In this document: positions 9,825-19,283 of the stretch, one piece after another
How the letters are laid out: every line of letters starts with the position of its first letter
Numbering within the stretch: the stretch's first letter is position 1
Virus record (IMG/VR): IMGVR_UViG_3300042447_001246
From: an uncultured virus (IMG/VR IMGVR_UViG_3300042447_001246)
Lineage: Duplodnaviria > Heunggongvirae > Uroviricota > Caudoviricetes
DNA length: 64,000 nt
Reading direction: 5' to 3' (one strand)
Made by a program: the position numbers and the translations under genes
The notes under the pieces: model-generated
Databases searched by the model: none
Seen by the model: the letters and a program-made list of their open reading frames with translations, nothing else
Told to the model about the DNA's origin: nothing

Positions 9825-10529
9825 TTATTTTGTTGTGTCATTCACATATAATCTTAACACTTTTGCTTCGTGCGAACCTATGGATTCGTTCTTCTCGTTT
9901 ACTGCATCCCTGTACCAGTCGGTGAACTCTCCAGCTCGATTAAGTTTTTGCGCTGCGTACCCATAGCTCGAATTTGCTTTAAGTCTTGTGTTTTCTGGGT
10001 CCGAATAAGTTGTGATATTTATTGACGAATTATTTAAAGCAGTTAGCGATATAGGGATTATTGTGGCAATTGGTGTTCCAGCTATTATTCGTGTCTCCGC
10101 ATTGGCATTTTTTGCTTTTATTGCCAGAGGTATCGGGTGGTCATAAAATGACGTGCTAATAAAGTTGGACATTGTCTCAAAATCATTATTAAAATAATTG
10201 ACTGGATTGATTGTCCAAAGACTTATGTCTTCGGCGGTTCTAAAAATTAGTCCGGTGTTTAAACTTATCGAAGACTGACCCCTGCCAGCATATGCATCAA
10301 TAGGGCTTGTTATTTTTATATGGTCTGGGGTCTGGTCGTTGATTCCGTCCCATGTGAAAACTATGTCTTCTTTACAGGAGAGGCTCCACCCGACCACATT
10401 CGCCTGCGTGACCGGGAAGCACCTATACGCATGGTTCCCTGATGTTTCGTCCATCCAGTCTCTTTTTACGGACATCTGAGAGATTTCAAAAATTGAACCG
10501 TTTGTTTTTTCAACAGAAATTTCAATCAT
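9825..10529 (-). CDS. DUF6065-family protein
   Basis: 'KRDWMD....HAYRCFPVTQANVVGW'. Paralogue of 23360-24061. Confidence 0.7.
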   Translation of the reverse strand: MIEISVEKTNGSIFEISQMSVKRDWMDETSGNHAYRCFPVTQANVVGWSLSCKEDIVFTWDGINDQTPDHIKITSPIDAYAGRGQSSISLNTGLIFRTAEDISLWTINPVNYFNNDFETMSNFISTSFYDHPIPLAIKAKNANAETRIIAGTPIATIIPISLTALNNSSINITTYSDPENTRLKANSSYGYAAQKLNRAGEFTDWYRDAVNEKNESIGSHEAKVLRLYVNDTTK

Positions 10530-11191
10530 TTCTCATCATTCCATTTCCTGTCGTACATATCTGGCGTATGATATTTTTTGCTGTAATCAAGCATGGTTAC
10601 GATTGAGTACTTTGTCCCTGCGGTCACCGGCATGGCTTGATGTGGGTACATGTAGTTTGACGGAAATACATAAAGGTCTCCTGCCTGTGGTTTTATTTTT
10701 AAATTTTGCAGTCTAAAAAATAGCTCTCCGCCTTCGTAATCGTCGTTGACATATCCAACCAACGAGACCGTGCAGTTATATGAGAATCCGTGGTCTTGGT
10801 GTTCTTTGAAGTGCTGACCTGGGCCATACTTAACAAAATTCATTGCTTCCCAATACTTGAGGGACGCTATGTTGTGTTCGGAGCGATAGTCTCTGACGGC
10901 CGGAAGTGCGGAATCATAAATGTCCTGCCAAAGCGATTGTAAATTCAAGCTAACAGTGCTTTTGTCGTGTTCAATATCTGTTTTTTTAAATTTAAAATCA
11001 ACACAGTCTCTGTACTCTGGCACTAATTCTTGGTATCCAACATATGCTGGCTGCCAACTATAACCAGTTGTATCGCCGACTGGTTTTAGGTTCGATTCAA
11101 TTCTATTGATAACATCAAAACTCGATTTGATTATATTTCTGTAACACTTTATGCCATGCCCAAAATCGATTTTTTCTGTCCATGTTTGCAT
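10526..11191 (-). CDS. 2OG-Fe(II) oxygenase (P4H-like, RDC subgroup)
   Basis: HQD, 'YVNDDYEGGELFF', 'FPSNYMYPH' and 'GTKYS'. Start moved to MQTW (11191) to avoid a long overlap. Confidence 0.85.
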   Translation of the reverse strand: MQTWTEKIDFGHGIKCYRNIIKSSFDVINRIESNLKPVGDTTGYSWQPAYVGYQELVPEYRDCVDFKFKKTDIEHDKSTVSLNLQSLWQDIYDSALPAVRDYRSEHNIASLKYWEAMNFVKYGPGQHFKEHQDHGFSYNCTVSLVGYVNDDYEGGELFFRLQNLKIKPQAGDLYVFPSNYMYPHQAMPVTAGTKYSIVTMLDYSKKYHTPDMYDRKWNDEK

Positions 11192-11201
11192 TTGAAATGC
11201 C

Positions 11202-11978
11202 CTACTTGTATTTTCTTCTTGACCAAATTTTGTTTTTGTAAACCCCACCATCGGGCTGGCGGTAAAATCTTGCATTGTTCATGTATTTGGACTGCATTTC
11301 TTCTTGTCCCAACATTTCCACTTTGTGTTCCCAGTCTTCTCTTTTGAACGGGAAAATCTGGAGATAGGGAGTCCCAGCAGGTATTACGCCCTCCCAGCCC
11401 TCAATGAGGAAAAACGGAAAACTTCCCAGTAAATGAACCTTATCTGAGTCAACGATTCCTGTTGTGTTCAAGAATGGAAGGTCAAACCTATTCATCGGCG
11501 TCATAAACAAGGCACTATAACCTTCTGGGAGTTCTATGCCCCAGTCAGCAAACCATGCAAAATGGTGGTCGTAATAACCCTGTGGATGTACGAAATCCGG
11601 CATCGGCGTTCTTGGCGTGCAGAAGTTTTTATACTGACTATTTTCTACCTTGACGTCAATTAAACCTTGAGTGTTTTTGTAAAATGTCAAGTCGCAAGGA
11701 GTTTTAAAAACATATCCGGTTAAAAAGGCGTCCAGAATAGCAGGACAGGCTTTCCATGTCGGAATTTTACCGTAATCGTCTGTTGTTCCTTCTTTTGGAA
11801 ATGGACAAATTTCTTTTGTTGCTTTACGGTATTCCCCGTTTAGATTTTTTTCAAAACTGTCAGCATCTTTATACCATTGTGGAGCGGCGCTTTGTGCTGC
11901 TGATGGGGCGTATTTATTTTCTTTGTCCAGCCATGGTCTATGTGGTCTGAATATTGCGATGTTGTATTGCTCGCTCAT
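11202..11978 (-). CDS. DUF6065-related protein
   Basis: 'TWKACPAILDAFLTGY' and 'WGIELPEGYSALFMTPMNRFDLPF..GIVDSD..IPAGTPYLQIFPFKR'. Distantly similar to the two DUF6065 genes. Confidence 0.5.
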   Translation of the reverse strand: MSEQYNIAIFRPHRPWLDKENKYAPSAAQSAAPQWYKDADSFEKNLNGEYRKATKEICPFPKEGTTDDYGKIPTWKACPAILDAFLTGYVFKTPCDLTFYKNTQGLIDVKVENSQYKNFCTPRTPMPDFVHPQGYYDHHFAWFADWGIELPEGYSALFMTPMNRFDLPFLNTTGIVDSDKVHLLGSFPFFLIEGWEGVIPAGTPYLQIFPFKREDWEHKVEMLGQEEMQSKYMNNARFYRQPDGGVYKNKIWSRRKYK

Positions 11979-12688
11979 TGTTTATGCCCTAGCTTATTTA
12001 TGTCGGTCATGACTACTACACAGTACTTTATGCCAGATTTTATTGGAAGTGACGCATGCTCGTAAATATAATTTGATGGAAAAATTGCAATATCCCCAAC
12101 TTTTGGTTTGTGCACATAACCGTCAAGTCTTGGGAATTCAATTTCTCCACCCTCATAATCGTCGTTGATGTAGATGACGGCAGAAACAGTGCAATTGTAT
12201 GCCGGTCCATGGTCTGCATGTATATTGAAATGCTTACCCTCGCCATCGTATTTTACGAAGTTGAAAGCTTCATAGTAAACAACACTTATACCCCAGTATC
12301 TAGCATAGTCATCAATGCAAAACTTGAGTTTTTCATATATCTCTTGATGAAGGTCCAGAAGCTCGGAGTTGTGCTCGTCTCTTGGTCCTAGATTTTCTTG
12401 CTTGTATTTGAAATCGTAACAGTCTCTTGCTTTTTTTATCGGAATATTAGAATTTGTTACCTGGGCTTCGTTCCAGCTGTATTTTTTGTTCCCGGACAAA
12501 TTTGACTCAAGAATCTTGATGTATCTATTTGAATCTTCAAGCGAAAAAGTATTTTGGTATATGTTTAATCCTAGTGCTGGATTTTGGGCTGTAATTGTTT
12601 CACTGGCAGCTCGATGGATTCTATTTGACGCAGTCTCTGACCTGTCTTTTGTGAACCATGGAATTGCGTTTTCATCATAAATACTCAT
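11975..12688 (-). CDS. 2OG-Fe(II) oxygenase (P4H-like, RDC subgroup)
   Basis: HAD, 'YINDDYEGGEIEF', 'FPSNYIYEH' and 'GIKY'. Confidence 0.85.
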   Translation of the reverse strand: MSIYDENAIPWFTKDRSETASNRIHRAASETITAQNPALGLNIYQNTFSLEDSNRYIKILESNLSGNKKYSWNEAQVTNSNIPIKKARDCYDFKYKQENLGPRDEHNSELLDLHQEIYEKLKFCIDDYARYWGISVVYYEAFNFVKYDGEGKHFNIHADHGPAYNCTVSAVIYINDDYEGGEIEFPRLDGYVHKPKVGDIAIFPSNYIYEHASLPIKSGIKYCVVVMTDINKLGHKQ

Positions 12689-12694
12689 ACATGT

Positions 12695-12722
12695 ATCTTA
12701 TAGTCAGGCTCGGTGCTAGCAT
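12695..12722. promoter_or_regulatory. Divergent pair of putative leaderless -10 elements
   Basis: TAAGAT (minus, 12695-12700) is 6 nt from the ATG at 12688. TAGCAT (plus, 12717-12722) is 6 nt from the ATG at 12729. Confidence 0.55.
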
Positions 12723-12728
12723 CGTTAC

Positions 12729-13028
12729 ATGGAATTAATAGGAACATGGTTCATAACCGCAACCTCGCCCCTGGGAAAAGAGACATATAACCTGCGTTTG
12801 AATGACGATGGTTCTGGCTCAATTTCACATGACAGGGGAATCGTGGAATTTTCAGATGCTCTAATCAGCACCTCTGACGAGTCCATGACAGTGAAGATTT
12901 GCGGCCACACAGACATACCAATGAGCGTCGACTTTCTGTGTCAATTTGAGTCAGTAGGCAAATCTCTTGCTGGATTTGTAGAAATCGGCAAATACGCAAA
13001 CATCGAAATAAACGGGGTAAAGATATGA
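12729..13028 (+). CDS. Hypothetical small beta-rich protein
   Basis: 99-aa ORF ('GTWFITATSPLG') heading a plus-strand operon. Overlaps the next gene by ATGA. Confidence 0.6.
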   Translation: MELIGTWFITATSPLGKETYNLRLNDDGSGSISHDRGIVEFSDALISTSDESMTVKICGHTDIPMSVDFLCQFESVGKSLAGFVEIGKYANIEINGVKI

Positions 13029-13648
13029 GCATCAAGTCAGTTTTTGATATGCCGATAAAATCTGTAGATGGAACGTTTGATGTTATGGACTCGGTTCGTG
13101 GCAAGGTTTGCTTATTCACGAACATCGTCACCAAGACTGGCTACACCCCAAAATGTAGCCCCATCTGGTCTTACGCAAGAGCTGCCAGACAATTATGGGA
13201 GCTACAGCAGCTTCATGAAATGTTTTCAGACAAAGGTTTTAGCGTTGTGGGATTTCCGTGCAATCAGTTTGGCCAAATGGAACCATCCGACAATGAGGAT
13301 ATAAGTCAATTCATATCAGAGGCCTATCCATTTGTGACTTTCCCAATTACAGAAAAAATTGAAGTAAACGGTCCGGGCGAACATAAAATATGGAGTTTCC
13401 TAAAAGGTGACACCGTTCGTGCTTTTGATGACAGCAAGGCAGATGGTTCAGATAAAGCTGCATCCGGGCAGAACCTAGCTGGACAAGCGATAATGCGCAT
13501 ACCTCACAACTATGAGAAATTCATGGTTAGCAGAGAAGGTCAGCAAGTTGCGAGATTGAACTGGGCCGACCTCCCACTTGCCGAACAGCCGCTTGCAGCG
13601 GGCTCCTCATGGACCGTTATAGAGGCAGTGAAGTCTCTTGTAGGTTGA
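13025..13648 (+). CDS. Glutathione peroxidase-like protein with atypical active site
   Basis: 'RGKVCLFTN', 'GFSVVGFPCNQFGQMEP', 'VTFPITEKIEVNG' and 'NYEKFMV'. Confidence 0.85.
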   Translation: MSIKSVFDMPIKSVDGTFDVMDSVRGKVCLFTNIVTKTGYTPKCSPIWSYARAARQLWELQQLHEMFSDKGFSVVGFPCNQFGQMEPSDNEDISQFISEAYPFVTFPITEKIEVNGPGEHKIWSFLKGDTVRAFDDSKADGSDKAASGQNLAGQAIMRIPHNYEKFMVSREGQQVARLNWADLPLAEQPLAAGSSWTVIEAVKSLVG

Positions 13649-13650
13649 TT

Positions 13651-14649
13651 ATGAAAATGCCTTCGACCCCGACCATTGGGGCCAATGAACTTAAAGAGAT
13701 AAGTGAATTAGTTGTCGAGGACCTTGGCAGTGGAATAGTCGTTTTTAGAAACGCTTTTTCCGTTGAGGACTTTATTCTCAGACATATAGACGATTGTGCT
13801 GCAGAGGCACATAAGAGCAGATGGTCGTATGTAACCGATGAGGATGGGGTTGAATACGGGATAAACGAGGACGGCTTTAGATACCGCCTAGAAGACGTCC
13901 CAAATGCCCCTGTAAGGCTCCTGGAGCCCGTTACAGAGGCGACAAGCCCCAATGTGGTCGAATACTTCACCTATCTTGAGGACGCAATCTACAAGTGTCT
14001 AATACGCTATACGGACATGTTTCCGCTGATAGTCGGAAGCCTCTGGTGGAGGACCAGGGGTCACATACTCAGATATGACGGTGGGGGCATTCTTGGGTGG
14101 CATCAAGACAATGACACGAACTACAAAGTGACCCAGGGTGTCAGGTATATGCCAAGGGGGCAGGTGGCGCTCCGACAGACCGCTGGAGCCCTTGCGTATT
14201 TCAACGACTGCGTTGACACTAAGGAAGAACTTGATGGCACCAACTTTTCTGGCGGCCATCTTAAGTTTGCATACCTCGGGATTGACTACAAGCCCAAAAA
14301 GGGGGACATCATTATGTTCCCTACAAACTACATATGCGCTCACGGTGTAACAAAGATGGATGGTGGCACAAGATATGCATATCTCTCGTTCTTCGGACAA
14401 GGCGGAACAGATAATGCTGCAAACATAAGAATAAAGGAAAAAGACGCGAGTATTCAATGGTGTGAGCCAGTTTGGTTCGACAACATCTATGACGACTACG
14501 AGTTTTATTGCAAGTCTGAATACTCAATCTGGTCAAAACCAACCCCAGGTTTAGAGCTTGGCTCAAACCCTGTATTCCAAAATAGATGCGTCACTCAATA
14601 CGGCGATACGCACACTGCGCTGGAGGTGAACCAAGTTGAAACGATATGA
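13651..14649 (+). CDS. 2OG-Fe(II) oxygenase (LGGG/WW subgroup)
   Basis: HQD, 'FPTNYICAHGV' and 'GTRYAYL'. Start taken at MKMPS. Confidence 0.8.
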   Translation: MKMPSTPTIGANELKEISELVVEDLGSGIVVFRNAFSVEDFILRHIDDCAAEAHKSRWSYVTDEDGVEYGINEDGFRYRLEDVPNAPVRLLEPVTEATSPNVVEYFTYLEDAIYKCLIRYTDMFPLIVGSLWWRTRGHILRYDGGGILGWHQDNDTNYKVTQGVRYMPRGQVALRQTAGALAYFNDCVDTKEELDGTNFSGGHLKFAYLGIDYKPKKGDIIMFPTNYICAHGVTKMDGGTRYAYLSFFGQGGTDNAANIRIKEKDASIQWCEPVWFDNIYDDYEFYCKSEYSIWSKPTPGLELGSNPVFQNRCVTQYGDTHTALEVNQVETI

Positions 14650-15607
14650 GACCAGGACACTTGAAGTCACGGATGAGGTTATAGAAGAAATATCGAATCT
14701 TGAATTCACGGACCTTGGTGGAGGTGTGATTGTATTTCATAATGCAGTCGACGTTGACCTAGAAACCATGTCGAATTGGATTGACAAAAATGCTCTTGCA
14801 GCACACCAGCAAAGATGGAAGTACGACATCGACATAAATGGCGTAGTCTACGCAAAGAACGAAGATGGGAATAAGTTCTCTATCGAGCAAGTGGAGAGAG
14901 TCCCTGTAAGAGTTCTTGAGCCGGTCCAGGACCATACAGAAGAAGAAATTGTATCCGTGTTCAGAAACTGGGAAGACTGCATATACAAGTCTCTAATACG
15001 GTATGTGGATATGTTTCCACTCGTGGTTGGGACTATATGGTGGAGAAGCAGGGGACACGTTCTGAGGTACGACTCTGGAAAGTACCTGGGACTACACAAC
15101 GACAACGACACAAACTATAGAGCCACGAACGGGGAGAGGTACATCCCCTATGGTCAGCTTGGAGCCAGGCAGACAGTTGCCGTCTTGCTGTATATAAATG
15201 ACTGCGTTGCCACTCCGGACGAATTAGACGGAACGAATTACTCTGGAGGGGAGCTCTACTTCCCATACCTTGGAATTAGCCATATGGCAAAGCGTGGGGA
15301 CATCATAATATTCCCAACAAATTACATTGCTTCGCACGGGGTAAACACCGTCACCGGCGGAACAAGGTACGCCTATCTTGAATTCTTTTCGCAAGGAAGC
15401 CCTGACCCAAACGCAAGGATAGAAGTCTCGGAAGAGGATGAGGTTTCCAGCTGGTGCGTTCCGCACTGGATTGATACGATTTACGATGACTACCAAAAGT
15501 ACGCGTCCTCAGTTAACCCAGGTGACAGCAAAACACTCGTAAGAAATCTTGAGGGCAAAAATGGTTACATTAATCCGTTGAACATGAAAGCTGAATCAGT
15601 TGAGTAA
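14636..15607 (+). CDS. 2OG-Fe(II) oxygenase (LGGG/WW subgroup)
   Basis: HND, 'YSGGELYFP', 'FPTNYIASHGV' and 'GTRYAYL'. Close paralogue of the preceding gene. Confidence 0.85.
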   Translation: MKRYETRTLEVTDEVIEEISNLEFTDLGGGVIVFHNAVDVDLETMSNWIDKNALAAHQQRWKYDIDINGVVYAKNEDGNKFSIEQVERVPVRVLEPVQDHTEEEIVSVFRNWEDCIYKSLIRYVDMFPLVVGTIWWRSRGHVLRYDSGKYLGLHNDNDTNYRATNGERYIPYGQLGARQTVAVLLYINDCVATPDELDGTNYSGGELYFPYLGISHMAKRGDIIIFPTNYIASHGVNTVTGGTRYAYLEFFSQGSPDPNARIEVSEEDEVSSWCVPHWIDTIYDDYQKYASSVNPGDSKTLVRNLEGKNGYINPLNMKAESVE

Positions 15608-16142
15608 GGTTGGAATAGTATCTCTTGGCAATATGGGTGTGACAATTGCTCACAGCGTTATTAATTCTGGGCATATTGTCCACTGGACATCAGAAGGTCG
15701 TTCTGAAACGACAGTTGCCGCAGGCAGAAAAATAAAAGATGCCATAGAACACGAGTCGGTTAAAGAACTATTTGGCTCAGTAGACATTTTCATTTGCATC
15801 GGCAGAGGTGGAGTTGCAGAGGAAACAATAGAGCTGGCAAAGAAGTACGCATTTACAGGAATATATGTAGACGGCAACAATCTCCACGGTCTAGAATCAG
15901 AACTGAATATTGCATCAATAGCGGAATCTGGCGGGATTAATTATGTGGAGGCTCTTTTCCGAGGCTATCCGCTTGGTTATGACCAAGGTGGAGGAGAGGA
16001 CAAAAGAAATTTATATCTTTCAGGTCTGTGGAAGTCAGCAAAAGTGATTGAATCACTATTCGTTGACGGAATATGGAAAGTAGAAATTGTTGCAGAGTCA
16101 GCAAAAGCTTTAAACCGAACAAGATTTAAAAGACTTTTTTAA
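15600..16142 (+). CDS. NAD(P)-binding Rossmann protein (6PGD/HIBADH N-domain-like)
   Basis: 'KVGIVSLGNMG' and 'GIYVDGN'. Short, so it may lack the C-terminal domain. Confidence 0.65.
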   Translation: MSKVGIVSLGNMGVTIAHSVINSGHIVHWTSEGRSETTVAAGRKIKDAIEHESVKELFGSVDIFICIGRGGVAEETIELAKKYAFTGIYVDGNNLHGLESELNIASIAESGGINYVEALFRGYPLGYDQGGGEDKRNLYLSGLWKSAKVIESLFVDGIWKVEIVAESAKALNRTRFKRLF

Positions 16143-16879
16143 TGGTTTTGTGTTTTATGCTCGCCGACTAAAACCTGTTTTTGTTGGCTATTCAGCAAAC
16201 CAACATCTGACCTGAATTTATTAACCCAATCATAAGCGCCTGGTTTATTTTCTTGGCCATTACCGTGATAAAACCACGACAGAAATGCCCAGCGCTCTCC
16301 ACTTGTGACTTCATCTACTTCGTGGCAACCAATAAAATTAGATGGATATATAAGTGCGGAGCCAAACTCCGGTTTTGCATTTATTCCCCAGGTCCTGAAT
16401 CTGACGTCCCCGCCTGCATAGCCATCATTTATAAAAATTGATGTTGTGAGCGTGTTGAAAGCAGGGCTTGTTGTTAGTGGTTCCAATGTTCCGGGTTTGT
16501 AAGGAATGTTGCAGTCTGAATGCGGCCCCATTCCATTGCCAGTTAGGTATCTAATTAGGTATCCATCGGTTTGACCAGTTATGCACTCCGTTGCAACAGG
16601 AAAAATTTTGCAGTACTCCACAGCAGCTGAATAAATTGCTTTTCTTAGCAATGTTGTTATCCCGAGTTCTTCTATGTCCGTGTATCTGCTTGGAGCTGCT
16701 TGCTTGCCTTGTTCGTCAAATTCATAACCACCATCACTTATAAGCTTGCCGTCAATAAGCGAATAACCCTGAGGAATCTTTGCATTGGCTATATGCAGCA
16801 ATTCGTTTTCGTCAATTTCATCACGCTCGATTAGGCCATAAACGATGGCTATCCCATGACCCAAGTGTTTGATTTTCAT
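16139..16879 (-). CDS. 2OG-Fe(II) oxygenase
   Basis: HSD, 'INDGYAGGDV', 'YPSNFIGCHEV' and 'GERWAF'. Confidence 0.85.
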   Translation of the reverse strand: MKIKHLGHGIAIVYGLIERDEIDENELLHIANAKIPQGYSLIDGKLISDGGYEFDEQGKQAAPSRYTDIEELGITTLLRKAIYSAAVEYCKIFPVATECITGQTDGYLIRYLTGNGMGPHSDCNIPYKPGTLEPLTTSPAFNTLTTSIFINDGYAGGDVRFRTWGINAKPEFGSALIYPSNFIGCHEVDEVTSGERWAFLSWFYHGNGQENKPGAYDWVNKFRSDVGLLNSQQKQVLVGEHKTQNH

Positions 16880-17766
16880 GCGTGTTCACCCATTGCCAGT
16901 CGATATGTATTAGAAGATTTTTCCTCGCCAACCGATTCCAGATATTCAATAAATCTTTCCCTGAGATGCGGGATATAAACATTGGAGGATACAGCCGCTT
17001 TTTCTGGGTTGACGAGAGGGTCTTCAACTTCTTCGTTAACTGATGGATTTGGCGTTCCATGAGCGTACCATCCAAGATAGGTGAATCTGTTGCCTGATTC
17101 AACCGGAGTAACTTCATGCGCAGCAATATAGTTTGATGGAAACATCAAAACATCGCCTCTTCTTGGAATGTACTCAATATCCAAATATGTAAACTTATGA
17201 TGCCCACCTGTAAAGTCACCCAGCTCAAAAACTTTCTCCCCATCTAGGCAGTTACCAAAATAAACCAAACATGACAGTGTGTTTCTTGAAGCAAGCTGAT
17301 GTTGAGGGTGTGGTAATCCATAAACATAGTCAACGCTCGTGTCGCTATGCTCCCCTATGAAACCCCCACACTCGGAAGAGTAATTGACTAAATGTCCTTT
17401 CACTTTCCACCATATGTTTTTGAAAACAATTGGGAACATGTGCATATATCTGAAAAGATATTTATCTTTGCATTCCTCAATAAAACAAAATAATTCAGCT
17501 ACTTCTGGTCTTGTGTCCTGGTGTACCCTAGACCCCCTTCTTGGCATTCTATCTATCCCATTTTTTGAAAAAAAATAACCACTTCTGTTAACATATTCTT
17601 CCAAGCCATTGTCTGGATTGATAGCCGGCTGGTACATATCGCCCATCTCTCTGTCAACAATTTCTTTAGATATTCGGTTAACGTAATCCCAATCAAGGCT
17701 TATGGCGTTACGAAATACAACAACACCACCACCAAGATGTTCGGCTTTAGAGTTGTTAAAAATCAT
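16876..17766 (-). CDS. 2OG-Fe(II) oxygenase (LGGG/WW subgroup)
   Basis: 'HLGGGVVVFRNA', HSD, 'FPSNYIAAHEV' and 'GNRFTYLGW'. Confidence 0.85.
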   Translation of the reverse strand: MIFNNSKAEHLGGGVVVFRNAISLDWDYVNRISKEIVDREMGDMYQPAINPDNGLEEYVNRSGYFFSKNGIDRMPRRGSRVHQDTRPEVAELFCFIEECKDKYLFRYMHMFPIVFKNIWWKVKGHLVNYSSECGGFIGEHSDTSVDYVYGLPHPQHQLASRNTLSCLVYFGNCLDGEKVFELGDFTGGHHKFTYLDIEYIPRRGDVLMFPSNYIAAHEVTPVESGNRFTYLGWYAHGTPNPSVNEEVEDPLVNPEKAAVSSNVYIPHLRERFIEYLESVGEEKSSNTYRLAMGEHA

Positions 17767-18623
17767 TGATGGTCATCTTTTCTTGATTTGAATGGAGTCT
17801 TTCCTGATGGTATCTTACCCTCATCACCATATTTATCCATTAAGTATTGTTCGTAGTCTTCAACTATGGTTTTCATCCACCATTGTCCACCCACCGGCCT
17901 TTGTGCGGAATCCGTTGGCTCTTGCGGTGAGACCCCTTTGTCTTGTTGCGGGGAGCCCTGTGCAAACCACGAAAGGTATGAGTACCTAGAACCTGAAGTT
18001 ACTTCTAGTATTTCATGAGCGCCCAAGTAGTTTGCTGGCATAAAAAGAATTGTTCCACTTTTAGGTTTTATGGTTATGTCAAAATACGGCAAAACCATTT
18101 CTCCGCCAGTAAATGAATACTCATCGCAATCCGATTCATCGCAATTATCGTTTATATAGAGGAGAGCACTTATGACGTTTCTAGTGGCGTGCTCAAAAGG
18201 AGGGAAATGACCATACCTGTAGTTGACATCGTTGTCGCAGTGGAAACCCAGTTTTGAGCCAGATGGATATTTAAGTGCGTGCCCTTCGCTTTTCCACCAA
18301 AGACACTGCAGTACAGCGGGAAACATTTCTACATACTCAAGTAAGCACCTGTAGATAGCTTCTTCGCACTCTATAAAGAAACCGTGATTCAGCTCTTGAA
18401 CTCTTATTGGAGTTTTTGATATTTCATTAAGTTCGTAAATAAAACCACTTTTGTTTATTGCGTGAATTGGTTTTCCGTCAATATCGTATACATACTCATA
18501 CTGTGCTTTTATGGCTGCGTCAGAAAGTTCATCTATCAGGCCTGTAATCTCCACGACTGGAACATTTACTGCATCCCTGAATACAACTACACCACCACCG
18601 AGATTTTCCACATTGAAAGACAT
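17763..18623 (-). CDS. 2OG-Fe(II) oxygenase (LGGG/WW subgroup)
   Basis: 'NLGGGVVVFRDA', HCD, 'MPANYLGAHEI' and 'GSRYSYLSW'. Confidence 0.85.
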   Translation of the reverse strand: MSFNVENLGGGVVVFRDAVNVPVVEITGLIDELSDAAIKAQYEYVYDIDGKPIHAINKSGFIYELNEISKTPIRVQELNHGFFIECEEAIYRCLLEYVEMFPAVLQCLWWKSEGHALKYPSGSKLGFHCDNDVNYRYGHFPPFEHATRNVISALLYINDNCDESDCDEYSFTGGEMVLPYFDITIKPKSGTILFMPANYLGAHEILEVTSGSRYSYLSWFAQGSPQQDKGVSPQEPTDSAQRPVGGQWWMKTIVEDYEQYLMDKYGDEGKIPSGKTPFKSRKDDHQ

Positions 18624-18632
18624 GTCAGTATG

Positions 18633-19283
18633 TTAGTCAGTTTTTTTAACCACCGGAGATTCTATGATTGGTCTATCCGTGTATATTCCCCAATCTGCAT
18701 TTGGGTTTACTCTGGGTTCAATTGGGCTAAGATTCATGCTTACAACAATCCTTGGACTTTCAATCATTTGCCGTGCTGTCATGTGGGTAATAAATGAGTT
18801 AAAAATAATCAACAGTCCATCTTGCGGCTTAACAGAAATAGTGTTGTGCATATAACCACACCAGTGCGCTGAAAAAATTAAATCCGCAGAATCAAGTGGG
18901 GCAGATGGGTAGTAAGCAATAGAAAAATAGTCACCAGGGTGTGTGTGATGGTTTTTGTAATGACTGTGAGCTATCACACTCTGCCCAGGCATTAATTTTA
19001 TCGCCCATATTTCATCAATTTTGTATTTACGATTTGTTACTTCGTCAACAATTTGAACAATTAATTTTTCAAGTTTTGTGAATTCAGGTGTTACTGGAAC
19101 AACTGTATCTTCATACTGCACAAAACCACGACTTACTGAGCCATATTCTTCGCAATCTGCATTAACTGGAAAACCGTATAAGTTTATATCGGACACAATC
19201 TGTTCATTGTCTATGTCCAAAAGCTGCGATGTAAATATGTTTTGATTTATTAAAGGAATAGTATTTATTTTACTCATATACAA
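18633..19283 (-). CDS. Putative 2OG-Fe(II) oxygenase (TIGR02466-like)
   Basis: 'W.....PGQSVIAHSH', 'KPQDGLLIIFNSFITH' and 'RIVVSMN'. Confidence 0.75.
   Translation of the reverse strand: MYMSKINTIPLINQNIFTSQLLDIDNEQIVSDINLYGFPVNADCEEYGSVSRGFVQYEDTVVPVTPEFTKLEKLIVQIVDEVTNRKYKIDEIWAIKLMPGQSVIAHSHYKNHHTHPGDYFSIAYYPSAPLDSADLIFSAHWCGYMHNTISVKPQDGLLIIFNSFITHMTARQMIESPRIVVSMNLSPIEPRVNPNADWGIYTDRPIIESPVVKKTD

Noticed and set aside
13025..13648. Selenocysteine recoding in the GPx-like genes
   Set aside because: No in-frame TGA at the catalytic position in either copy.
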